The position numbers and the translations under genes were made by a program. The notes under the pieces are model-generated. The model did no database searches and had not been told where the DNA came from. It saw only the letters and a program-made list of their open reading frames with translations. Of a stretch of 64,000 bases of DNA, positions 18,429 to 26,222 are shown piece by piece. Numbering within the stretch: position 1 is the first letter of the stretch; each line of letters opens with the position of its first letter. Origin of the DNA: Candidatus Eiseniibacteriota bacterium (GTDB lineage: Bacteria; Eisenbacteria; RBG-16-71-46); assembly GCA_025360715.1 (NCBI GenBank), contig JANYBS010000189.1, positions 29,229 to 93,228 of the forward strand, read 5' to 3'.

Positions 18429-19079
18429 TCACACGTGGATCTGGCGCAGTCGCTCCAGGCGCGTGGCGCGCACCTTGAGCGACTGCATCCAGAAGAAGAG
18501 GAAAGTGAAACCGACCAGCATGGCCATGAAGCAGATGACGATCGCGCTGTCCATATCGACCTTGCCGCGGGTGTTGATGATCGGATCGGGATGCAACGTG
18601 TCGTACATGCGCGGCACCACATAGATCAGGAACGGCGCCGCGACGCCGGCGAGGATCGAGTAGATCGCGGAGAGCCGCGCGCGCTTCTCATCGCCCTCGA
18701 TGCTGCCGCGCAGACTCAGATACGCCGAGTACAGCAGCAGCACGAAGAAGATGCTCGTCTCGCGCGGATCCCAGTTCCAGTATGCACCCCACATCGCCTT
18801 GGCCCACATCGCGCCGCTGATCGTGGCGACGATGCAGAAGAGCAGGCCGAGTTCGGCGGCCGCAGCGGCCTGGTCGTCGTGCTTGAGGTCACGCTTCCAC
18901 AGGTAAAGGATGCTGTGCAGCATCGACCAGCCGAGCGCCACCATCGTCACCCACGCCGCCGGCACGTGGAAATACACGATCCGCGTGGTCTGCTCGAGTA
19001 CCGGCACGAGCGGAGCCCACGTGAACGCCGCGATCATCGCGGCCGAGATCCAGATGAATAGCAAAATGCGCCACAGCAC
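18429..19079 (-). CDS. ccmC: Heme exporter CcmC
   Basis: RIVYFHVP, GAMWAKAMWGAYWNWDPRET, LHP. Confidence 0.95.
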   Translation of the reverse strand: MLWRILLFIWISAAMIAAFTWAPLVPVLEQTTRIVYFHVPAAWVTMVALGWSMLHSILYLWKRDLKHDDQAAAAAELGLLFCIVATISGAMWAKAMWGAYWNWDPRETSIFFVLLLYSAYLSLRGSIEGDEKRARLSAIYSILAGVAAPFLIYVVPRMYDTLHPDPIINTRGKVDMDSAIVICFMAMLVGFTFLFFWMQSLKVRATRLERLRQIHV

Positions 19080-19083
19080 GGAG

Positions 19084-19758
19084 CTACTCCTCCCAGAGAT
19101 GGTCGTAGAGTAACAGGCTCACGGCCAGAAGGGCCACGGCGTAAGCCGCGAGCAACTTGATCTCACCCGTCACATCGTGTGATTGCCACTGTCCGCGCGT
19201 TCCACCCACCGCCGCAGCCAGCACCGGCAGCAGCACCGGCAACGAGACGCCCGCGAAGAGCGCGCCGCGCCCGCGCGTCTGCGCGATCATGGCCGATACG
19301 AGTGTCGAGGACGCCGCCAGAGAAAGTGTTCCCAGCAGCAGGATCGTCAGGAAGGTCCCCCAGTGCGGGGCAGGGGCGCCCATGAGGACCATGAAGAGCG
19401 GCACTGTGACCAGTTCGATGACGCCCAGGAACAGCAGGTTGAACAACAACTTTCCGAGCGCGATCTGGGTGGGCGATGCCACCAGGCGCAGCATCAGCAG
19501 GGTGTGGCCTTCGACCTCTCGCACGAACGCGTGGCTGATCGACGACAACGTGGCGAAGAGCAGCACGATCCAGAAGAACGAAGCCAGCAGGTCCTGCCGG
19601 TCGCCCAGGCGCCCCGCCGAGAAACTGACCGCGGTGAGGGCCGTGACGGCAAAGAGAAGTGCCGCGTTCAGGCCGTACCGCGTGCGCCACTCGCTGCGGC
19701 ACTCCTTACGCAGTATCGCCCAGACGGCGACCGCGGAGTTCGATCCGGCCTGTAGCAA
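19084..19758 (-). CDS. ccmB: Heme exporter permease CcmB
   Basis: LRKECRSEWR, FVREVEGHTL, LPVLLPVL; TTG start uncertain. Confidence 0.9.
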   Translation of the reverse strand: MLQAGSNSAVAVWAILRKECRSEWRTRYGLNAALLFAVTALTAVSFSAGRLGDRQDLLASFFWIVLLFATLSSISHAFVREVEGHTLLMLRLVASPTQIALGKLLFNLLFLGVIELVTVPLFMVLMGAPAPHWGTFLTILLLGTLSLAASSTLVSAMIAQTRGRGALFAGVSLPVLLPVLAAAVGGTRGQWQSHDVTGEIKLLAAYAVALLAVSLLLYDHLWEE

Positions 19759-20371
19759 GCTTCATCTCCTCGGGATCGTTGGTGGCCACCAGTACCAGTG
19801 CGTTGCCTCGCCAGCGCTCGACCACGGAGCGGACGATGCTCCGGCCAGCGTCATCGAGATGGCTACCCGGTTCATCGAGCAAGAGCAATGCCGGGCGATG
19901 TAGAACGGCGAATGCCAGCCGCAACCGCTGTTTCATACCGCTGGAGAAGCCCGAGACCATGTCCTGAGCACGTTCCGACAACCCTACTTCTGCCAAAGCG
20001 TCATGTACGGCCGCCTTGGGGTCAGGAAGTCCGCGCACCTCGGCGGCGAAACGCAGGTTCTCGGCGGCGCTGAATTCCTCGTAGAACGACAGTTCCGGCG
20101 AGGCGAGACCGATCCGTGCACGGCGCGAGTCGCCATCGAGCGGCCTGCCGTCCACCTGCACGCTCAGCGTGCCGCTGGTGGGCCGCAGCAGCCCCACGAT
20201 CGTGCGCAGCAGAGTGCTCTTGCCACTGCCGTTCGGGCCCGTGACCGCGTAGACCCCCGGGGACTCTACGCGGAAATCGATGCTCTGGAGCCCGATGCGG
20301 CGGCCGTAGAGGTGCGTGACGCCCTTGGCTTCGAGCATCACCGGACGCACGCCCACCGCTGCACCCGTCAT
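19706..20371 (-). CDS. ccmA: Heme exporter ATPase CcmA
   Basis: GPNGSGKST, FSSGMKQRL, LLLDEP. Confidence 0.9.
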   Translation of the reverse strand: MTGAAVGVRPVMLEAKGVTHLYGRRIGLQSIDFRVESPGVYAVTGPNGSGKSTLLRTIVGLLRPTSGTLSVQVDGRPLDGDSRRARIGLASPELSFYEEFSAAENLRFAAEVRGLPDPKAAVHDALAEVGLSERAQDMVSGFSSGMKQRLRLAFAVLHRPALLLLDEPGSHLDDAGRSIVRSVVERWRGNALVLVATNDPEEMKLATGRIELRGRRLGDTA

Positions 20372-21399
20372 GCCTTGCCCCCGCCCGCAGGCGCCGCATT
20401 GAGCGCCGCCAGCAGCTTGGCGATCTCGGGCAGGATGCGGGTCTTGGCGTCCTCGCGGCTGCCGCGCAGCTGCACGCCGGCCGCATGCTCGTGGCCGCCG
20501 CCGCCCAGGCGCACGCAGACCTGGTCGATGCTCACCCGGCCGGTGGAACGCAGGCTCACCTTGACCTTGCCCGGGTCGACTTCACTGAAGAGCGCGACCA
20601 CTTCCACGCCCCGGATCACGCGCGGCATGTCGACGAGCCCCTCGGTGTCCGCACCGATGAGGCCATGGCGCGCGAACTGCTCGGGCGAGACATCGAGCAC
20701 CGCCACGCGACCATCCTCGAGCATGGTGAGCCCGGCGAGCGCCTCGCCGAAGAAACGCAGGCGTCCCGGAGGGGCCGTGGCATGTACACGTTCGTAAGTC
20801 ACCTGCGGTTGCACGCCCAGGGCGACGAGTTCGGCGGCCAGCAGGTGTGCCTTGGCGTCGGTGTTCGAGTAGCGGAAGTTGCCGGTGTCGGTGGAGAGCC
20901 CCACGTAGATCGCCTCGGCCGTGCGCGCGTCGATCTTGTGCTCGCTCTCGCGCATGATCTCGTAGACCAGACTTGCCGTGGCGGCCATCTCGGATTCGAT
21001 CACGTTGATCCTGCCGAAGCCCTCGTGCGTGGCGTGGTGATCCACGATCGCGACCGCGATCACGTGCTGGTCCAGATGCTTGGCGAGCCGGCCGATCCGC
21101 TGCTTGTTGCTGGTGTCGAGCACGATGAGGGCGTCAGCCTCGGAGAAGCGCTGGTCGCACAGCGCCTCGTCATAGACCTCGGCGGGATAGCCGTCCGTGA
21201 GGTAGCGGAACGCGGGCGGTGTCGGCGAATCGTTCAAGATGCGTACGCTCTTGCCCTTGCCCAGTAGCCACGCGGCGAACGCCACCTCGGAGCCGATCGC
21301 GTCGCCATCGGGATTCACGTGCGTCGTGAGCAGGAAGCGTTGGTGCTTGGCCACGAACTCGTGCAATGCCGCGCGGTCCGCGCTCGCCGGCGACTTCAC
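20368..21399 (-). CDS. nrnA: DHH/DHHA1 phosphoesterase (NrnA-like)
   Basis: HVNPDGDA, VDHH, DTGNFRY, SLRS, GGGGHEHAAG. Confidence 0.9.
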   Translation of the reverse strand: MKSPASADRAALHEFVAKHQRFLLTTHVNPDGDAIGSEVAFAAWLLGKGKSVRILNDSPTPPAFRYLTDGYPAEVYDEALCDQRFSEADALIVLDTSNKQRIGRLAKHLDQHVIAVAIVDHHATHEGFGRINVIESEMAATASLVYEIMRESEHKIDARTAEAIYVGLSTDTGNFRYSNTDAKAHLLAAELVALGVQPQVTYERVHATAPPGRLRFFGEALAGLTMLEDGRVAVLDVSPEQFARHGLIGADTEGLVDMPRVIRGVEVVALFSEVDPGKVKVSLRSTGRVSIDQVCVRLGGGGHEHAAGVQLRGSREDAKTRILPEIAKLLAALNAAPAGGGKA

Positions 21400-22079
21400 G
21401 CGCGCACTCCCGTGAGCTTGAAGCCGGCGATGTCGCGCAGGAACCACGCATGCACGCGCGCGTCGTCGGTGAGTTCGGGGTGGAAGGTGAGCGCCACGGC
21501 TTTGCCCTGGCGCACGCCCACGGGTTCGCCCGCGTGCGTTGCGATCACCTGCACGCCCTTGCCCACGCGCGTGATGCGCGGCGCGCGGATGAACACGCCG
21601 AGAACACCGCCGCCCAACGCCGGCATGTCGACCGGATCGGTGAACGAATGCACCTGACGGCCGTACGCGTTGCGCGTGGCCGTGATGTCGATGGCGCCCA
21701 GCGTGGGCCCCGGAAGCCGGTCCGCTTGGCTCGCGAGCAGGATGAGCCCCGCGCACGTACCCAGCACGGGCCGCGTGCGCACGAACTCCTCGACGCCGAC
21801 GCGCAGGCCGGTGGCATCGAGCAGCCGCAGCATCGTGCTCGACTCGCCGCCGGGCAGGATCATGGCGTCGAGGCCTGCCAGATGCTCGGGCAGCGAGATA
21901 CGTACGGGCTCCGCGCCCACCGCGCGCAGTGTCTCGCCGTGCTTGGCGTGATCGCCCTGCAGCGACAGCACGCCCACGCGCGGCGCCGCGGCGCGCTTGG
22001 GCGCCACTGCCGGCTTTGTGGCGGGCACTCGCGCCACCGTCACCTTACGCGCGCTCTTGCGCGCGGCGTCACCAGCCAC
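21396..22079 (-). CDS. pdxT: PLP synthase glutaminase subunit
   Basis: GVLSLQG, PGGESST, GTCAG, RNAYGRQ, FIRAP, FHPE; start uncertain. Confidence 0.95.
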   Translation of the reverse strand: MAGDAARKSARKVTVARVPATKPAVAPKRAAAPRVGVLSLQGDHAKHGETLRAVGAEPVRISLPEHLAGLDAMILPGGESSTMLRLLDATGLRVGVEEFVRTRPVLGTCAGLILLASQADRLPGPTLGAIDITATRNAYGRQVHSFTDPVDMPALGGGVLGVFIRAPRITRVGKGVQVIATHAGEPVGVRQGKAVALTFHPELTDDARVHAWFLRDIAGFKLTGVRA

Positions 22080-23085
22080 GCTTGGCAAGCAGCTGGTCCT
22101 CGGACAGGGTCTCGAGCGAGATGCCGCGCATCGCTGCCGGCAGGCCCGTGCTGATGTCCTTGAGGAGGTCGGGGCGATTCCAGTTGGCCACCGCCTGGAC
22201 GATGGCTTTGGCCATGCGCGTCTGGTCGCGGCGCTGCGACTTGGGGTTCTTGGGGTCCCCCACCTCGAAGATACCCGAACCCACGAACACCGCTTCGGCG
22301 CCGAGCTTCATCATGAGCGCGGCATCGGCAGGGGTCGCCACGCCGCCCGCGGCGAAGTTGGGCACCGGCAACTTGCCCGTCCTGGCCACCTGCTGCACCA
22401 GCTCGAAGGGCGCGCCCAGGTGCTTGGCCTCGGCCATGAGCTCGTCGGCCGTGAGCGTGGTGAGCTTCTTCATGTGCGAGACGACCGTGCGCATGTGACG
22501 CACCGCCTCGACCACGTTGCCCGTGCCCGCCTCGCCCTTGGTGCGGATCATCGCGGCGCCCTCGCCGATGCGGCGCAGCGCCTCGCCAAGATCGCGGCAA
22601 CCGCAGACGAACGGCACCTTGAAGTCGTGCTTCCAGACGTGGTTCACCTCATCGGCCGGCGTGAGCACTTCGGACTCATCGATGAAGTCGATCTCGAGCG
22701 CCTCGAGGATCTCGGCCTCGACCAGATGGCCGATGCGCACCTTGGCCATGACCGGGATGTCGACGTTCTTCTGGATGCGCTGGATCATCGACGGGTCGCT
22801 CATGCGCGCGACGCCGCCCGCCTTGCGGATCTGCGACGGGATGCGCTCGAGGGCCATGACGGCGCACGCGCCGGCCTCTTGCGCGATCTCGGCCTGCTCG
22901 GCGTTCATGACGTCCATGATCACGCCGCCCTTGAGCATCTCAGCGAGGCCGACCTTGAGACGGAATTGCTCGGCCTGCGTGAGCACGTGGCCGCTCTTGT
23001 CTGCGCCCTTGGCGGCCGCCTTGGCGCCGTGCTTGCTGTTCTTGCCATTGGCATGTGCAGTGCCGCGGGAGTCCTTGCGCTTCAT
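22069..23085 (-). CDS. pdxS: PLP synthase lyase subunit
   Basis: [42 protein letters not shown]. Confidence 0.97.
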   Translation of the reverse strand: MKRKDSRGTAHANGKNSKHGAKAAAKGADKSGHVLTQAEQFRLKVGLAEMLKGGVIMDVMNAEQAEIAQEAGACAVMALERIPSQIRKAGGVARMSDPSMIQRIQKNVDIPVMAKVRIGHLVEAEILEALEIDFIDESEVLTPADEVNHVWKHDFKVPFVCGCRDLGEALRRIGEGAAMIRTKGEAGTGNVVEAVRHMRTVVSHMKKLTTLTADELMAEAKHLGAPFELVQQVARTGKLPVPNFAAGGVATPADAALMMKLGAEAVFVGSGIFEVGDPKNPKSQRRDQTRMAKAIVQAVANWNRPDLLKDISTGLPAAMRGISLETLSEDQLLAKRGW

Positions 23086-23124
23086 GGTCCTCTCCTTCGT
23101 CTCAAGCGTTTCAGGCGCTTCGGG

Positions 23125-24291
23125 TCAGGCGCTCTGTTCCATCGCCGGACCCGCGAGTGCGCGCAGGCGCTCGATGATGGGCGGCGTGACCTGGCCGATG
23201 ATCTGGACGTCTTCTGCAGTGGTGAGATGATCGATCGAGAATCGCACGCTCGCGTGCGCTTCTTCGGGGCGCAGCCCCATGGCGGTGAGCACGTGACTCG
23301 GGCCCTCGCGGCCCGCGCTACAGGCCGAACCGGTCGAGACGGTGATGCCGGCGAGGTCGAGTTCATGCAGCGCCGCTTCGCCATCGACGCCGGCGAAGCA
23401 CACGTTCACGATGCCGCCCACGCGCTGGTTGAGGTCGCCGTTGAGCCGCGTGTCGCTCACCTGCATGAGCAGGCTCGCGAGCAGGCGCTCGCCCAGGTCC
23501 GCGACTTTCGCGGGCTCGCCGGAATCGAGCGCTGCGCGCGTGCGCAGCGCGGCCACGCCCATGCCGACGATGGCCGGCACGTTGTGCGTGCCCGCGCGGC
23601 GCCCACGTTCCTGCTGGCCGCCGTAGACGAGCGGCGCGATGCGCGTGCGCCGGCGCACGAACAGCGCCGCAGCGCCGAGCGCGCCGTGGAACTTGTGCGC
23701 CGCGACGCTGAGCAGGTCCGCGTTCCAGCCGTCGACCGAGATCGGCAACTTGCCGGCCGCCTGCACAGCGTCGACATGGAGCAGCGCGCCGGCGGCCTTG
23801 ACCCGCAAGCCGATGTCCTCGAGCGGCTGGATCACGCCCGTCTCGTTATTGACCGCCATGACGCTGACGAGCGCGACGTCAGGGCCCAGCGCGGCTTCCA
23901 GTTCGTCGGGATCGACCATGCCATTGGCCATGACCGGCACGACCGTGAGGGGCACGCCGCGCGCGGCGAGCGCCTGCGCCGTCTCGATCACCGCTGCATG
24001 CTCGATCGCCGTGATCACCAGACGGTTGCGGCCTTCGGCGAGCGCCATCGCGCCTTGCAGCGCGAGATTGATGCTCTCGCTGCCCGAGGCCGTGAAGACG
24101 ATCTCTTCGCCCTGCGCACCCACGAGCCGCGCGACTTCGAGCCGCGCCTGCTCCACGGCCTCACGCGCGACCTCGCCGCGGTGGTGCACGCTGGACGCAT
24201 TGCCGAACGCGTCCGCGAGCCAGGGCAGCATCGCCTCGAGCACCTCGGGTGCGGGCCGCGTCGTGGCGGCCGTATCGGCGTAGATCTTCAA
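23125..24291 (-). CDS. iscS: Cysteine desulfurase IscS/NifS family
   Basis: TTG start overlapping mrp stop; DTAATT, NNETG, HVDAVQ, AHKFHG, STGSAC. Confidence 0.92.
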   Translation of the reverse strand: MKIYADTAATTRPAPEVLEAMLPWLADAFGNASSVHHRGEVAREAVEQARLEVARLVGAQGEEIVFTASGSESINLALQGAMALAEGRNRLVITAIEHAAVIETAQALAARGVPLTVVPVMANGMVDPDELEAALGPDVALVSVMAVNNETGVIQPLEDIGLRVKAAGALLHVDAVQAAGKLPISVDGWNADLLSVAAHKFHGALGAAALFVRRRTRIAPLVYGGQQERGRRAGTHNVPAIVGMGVAALRTRAALDSGEPAKVADLGERLLASLLMQVSDTRLNGDLNQRVGGIVNVCFAGVDGEAALHELDLAGITVSTGSACSAGREGPSHVLTAMGLRPEEAHASVRFSIDHLTTAEDVQIIGQVTPPIIERLRALAGPAMEQSA

Positions 24292-25358
24292 ACGCCCGCC
24301 CCCGCCACGGAGAGCGTCTGGATGCTCACGCGCTGCGCGAGCGCGCCGGCGATGCGGCGCAGCTCCCGCGAGTATGGGCTGTCGGGATCGGCCGCGACGA
24401 CCGGCTGGCCCTGGTCGCCACCGATGCGGACCTCGGGGTGCAGTGGGATCGCGCCCAGGAACGGCAGGCCCATGGCCAGCGCTCGCGCCTGCCCGTCGCC
24501 CGTGCTGAAGATCGCGTGGCGCTCGCTGCAGTTGGGACACACGAAGTAGCTCATGTTCTCGATCACACCCAGCACCGGCACTTGCAGCTTGTCGAACATC
24601 GCGATGGCCTTGACCGCATCCTCGATCGCCACGATCGATGGCGTGGTCACGACCACGGCGCCCGTGACGACGGTCTGCTGGATGAGCGAGAGTTGCACGT
24701 CGCCCGTGCCCGGGGGCAGGTCGACGATCAGGTAGTCGCAGCCCGACCAGTCCACATCATTGAGAAAGCTCTTGATCGCGCCATGCAACATGGGCCCGCG
24801 CCAGACGACGGCCTCGCCCTGATCGACGAGCAGGCCCATCGACATGAAACGGACGCCATGGGCCTCGACCGGGATGATCTTGCCGTCTTTCTGGAACGGC
24901 TGGCGGTTCACGCCCATCATGCGCGGCAGGTTCGGGCCGTAGATGTCGCCATCGAGCAGGCCGACCACCGCGCCGGTCTGCGCGAGCGCGATGGCAAGAT
25001 TCACCGCGACGGTGCTCTTGCCCACGCCGCCTTTGCCGGAGCCGACAGCGATCACATGACCAACGCCCGGCAGCGCCTTGCGGTCGGCGGACGGGTCCTT
25101 CGCTTTGCGCACTCGGCTCGTGGTCTCGATGTGGACCTCGGCGACACCCGGCAGGCTGCTCACCGCGCGGCGGCAGTCCTCTTCGATCTGCGCCTTGAGC
25201 GGACAGGCGGACGTGGTGAGCACGAGCGTGAACGAGACGCGCCCGCCCGAGACCGCGATGTTCTCGATCATGCCCAGCGTGACGAGGTCACGGTGCAGGT
25301 CCGGATCCTGGACGGTGCCCAGGGCGGCGAGGACGGCTTCGTTGGTGAGAGTCGACAT
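24288..25358 (-). CDS. mrp: Mrp/NBP35 Fe-S carrier ATPase with N-terminal FeS-assembly domain
   Basis: DPDLHRD...CPLK; SGKGGVGKST; DLPPGTGD; ENMSYFVCPNC. Confidence 0.95.
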   Translation of the reverse strand: MSTLTNEAVLAALGTVQDPDLHRDLVTLGMIENIAVSGGRVSFTLVLTTSACPLKAQIEEDCRRAVSSLPGVAEVHIETTSRVRKAKDPSADRKALPGVGHVIAVGSGKGGVGKSTVAVNLAIALAQTGAVVGLLDGDIYGPNLPRMMGVNRQPFQKDGKIIPVEAHGVRFMSMGLLVDQGEAVVWRGPMLHGAIKSFLNDVDWSGCDYLIVDLPPGTGDVQLSLIQQTVVTGAVVVTTPSIVAIEDAVKAIAMFDKLQVPVLGVIENMSYFVCPNCSERHAIFSTGDGQARALAMGLPFLGAIPLHPEVRIGGDQGQPVVAADPDSPYSRELRRIAGALAQRVSIQTLSVAGAGV

Positions 25359-25437
25359 GTCGGCGGAGGGCCCTGGGGATGGAGTGTCGCGCGTCAGATG
25401 CGCGGTACGAAGGATCCGGTCGTGCTGCTCTGCGCTC

Positions 25438-25548
25438 TCAGCGCGATGCGCGCTGCTCCCACCACTCGCGAAGGCGGTTGATACCCATCGCCACCAGCAC
25501 GGTCGCCGTGATGAGGAAGAAGGCGACGAAGAGCCCGTACAGATACAT
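25438..25548 (-). CDS. Putative 36-aa single-pass membrane microprotein
   Basis: MYLYGLFVAFFLITATVLVAMGINRLREWWEQRASR; ATG 2 nt after nifU stop, GGAG RBS. Confidence 0.55.
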   Translation of the reverse strand: MYLYGLFVAFFLITATVLVAMGINRLREWWEQRASR

Positions 25549-25550
25549 AT

Positions 25551-25775
25551 CTACTCCGCGACCACGCGGGTGACCTGCGGCAGCTTGTGGCGCAGGTAGC
25601 GCTCGATGCCGTTGCGCAGCGTCGTGGTGGAGCTGGCACAGCCGGAACACGAGCCATGCAGACGGATGGTCACAACGCCATCGTCCGAGACGTTCACGAG
25701 TTCAAGGTCACCGCCGTCCGGCTGGACGACCGCGACTCGAAGTTGTTCGATGACTTTCTCGACTTGCTCTCGCAT
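25551..25775 (-). CDS. NifU-like (NfuA C-terminal domain) Fe-S scaffold
   Basis: DGGDLELV...GSCSGC...GIE. Confidence 0.92.
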   Translation of the reverse strand: MREQVEKVIEQLRVAVVQPDGGDLELVNVSDDGVVTIRLHGSCSGCASSTTTLRNGIERYLRHKLPQVTRVVAE

Positions 25776-25800
25776 GGTGCCTCCCGGCCGTGTGGCATGG

Positions 25801-25873
25801 GATGTGATGTCTTGTGATGTCATGTGATGCAGTGCGAACACGTTAGATTATGAAGCCTGAGGGCGTCCGTCAA
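25801..25873 (-). promoter_or_regulatory. Promoter of the nifU operon with triple direct repeat downstream
   Basis: TTGACG(25873-25868)-N17-TAATCT; TGTGATG at 25803, 25813 and 25823 on plus strand. Confidence 0.6.
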
Positions 25874-26167
25874 AGCCGCCAAAGCGCCCGACGGGTGCGA
25901 ATCGCCCCCACACCGACCTTTGATGCGGCGAACGCCGAAGAGTGTTCGGGGCCAAGGCCCCTGCGGAGTCATGCAGAAGGCGCTCCGAGAGGGCGCAGAA
26001 CCACGCCCTGGCGGCTCCCGAAGGGCGATTCCCACCGCAGCCCTTGCATCATCTGGACACCCGCTCGATCAGAAGTGGCGGGCGCATCGTGCAAGCCGGT
26101 CTGCACGCGCCCCGGCATGCACGGATACGCCGAGTTGGCGCTCGCGGGCACGGACGCTGACGACAAG

Positions 26168-26209
26168 CGAAACGGCCCGCAGCCGGTACTCTGGCTGCGG
26201 GCCGTTTCG
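26168..26209 (-). terminator. Terminator-like hairpin after the M13 peptidase
   Basis: 17-bp perfect stem CGAAACGGCCCGCAGCC/GGCTGCGGGCCGTTTCG. Confidence 0.7.
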
Positions 26210-26222
26210 TCACAGCGCGGAA

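Noticed and set aside
19706-19758. 53-nt ccmA/ccmB overlap as a programmed frameshift
   Set aside because: Both proteins look complete; no slippery sequence; explained by a TTG start
23125-25775. Selenocysteine or stop-codon readthrough in Fe-S genes
   Set aside because: All frames are continuous with ordinary Cys codons at catalytic positions
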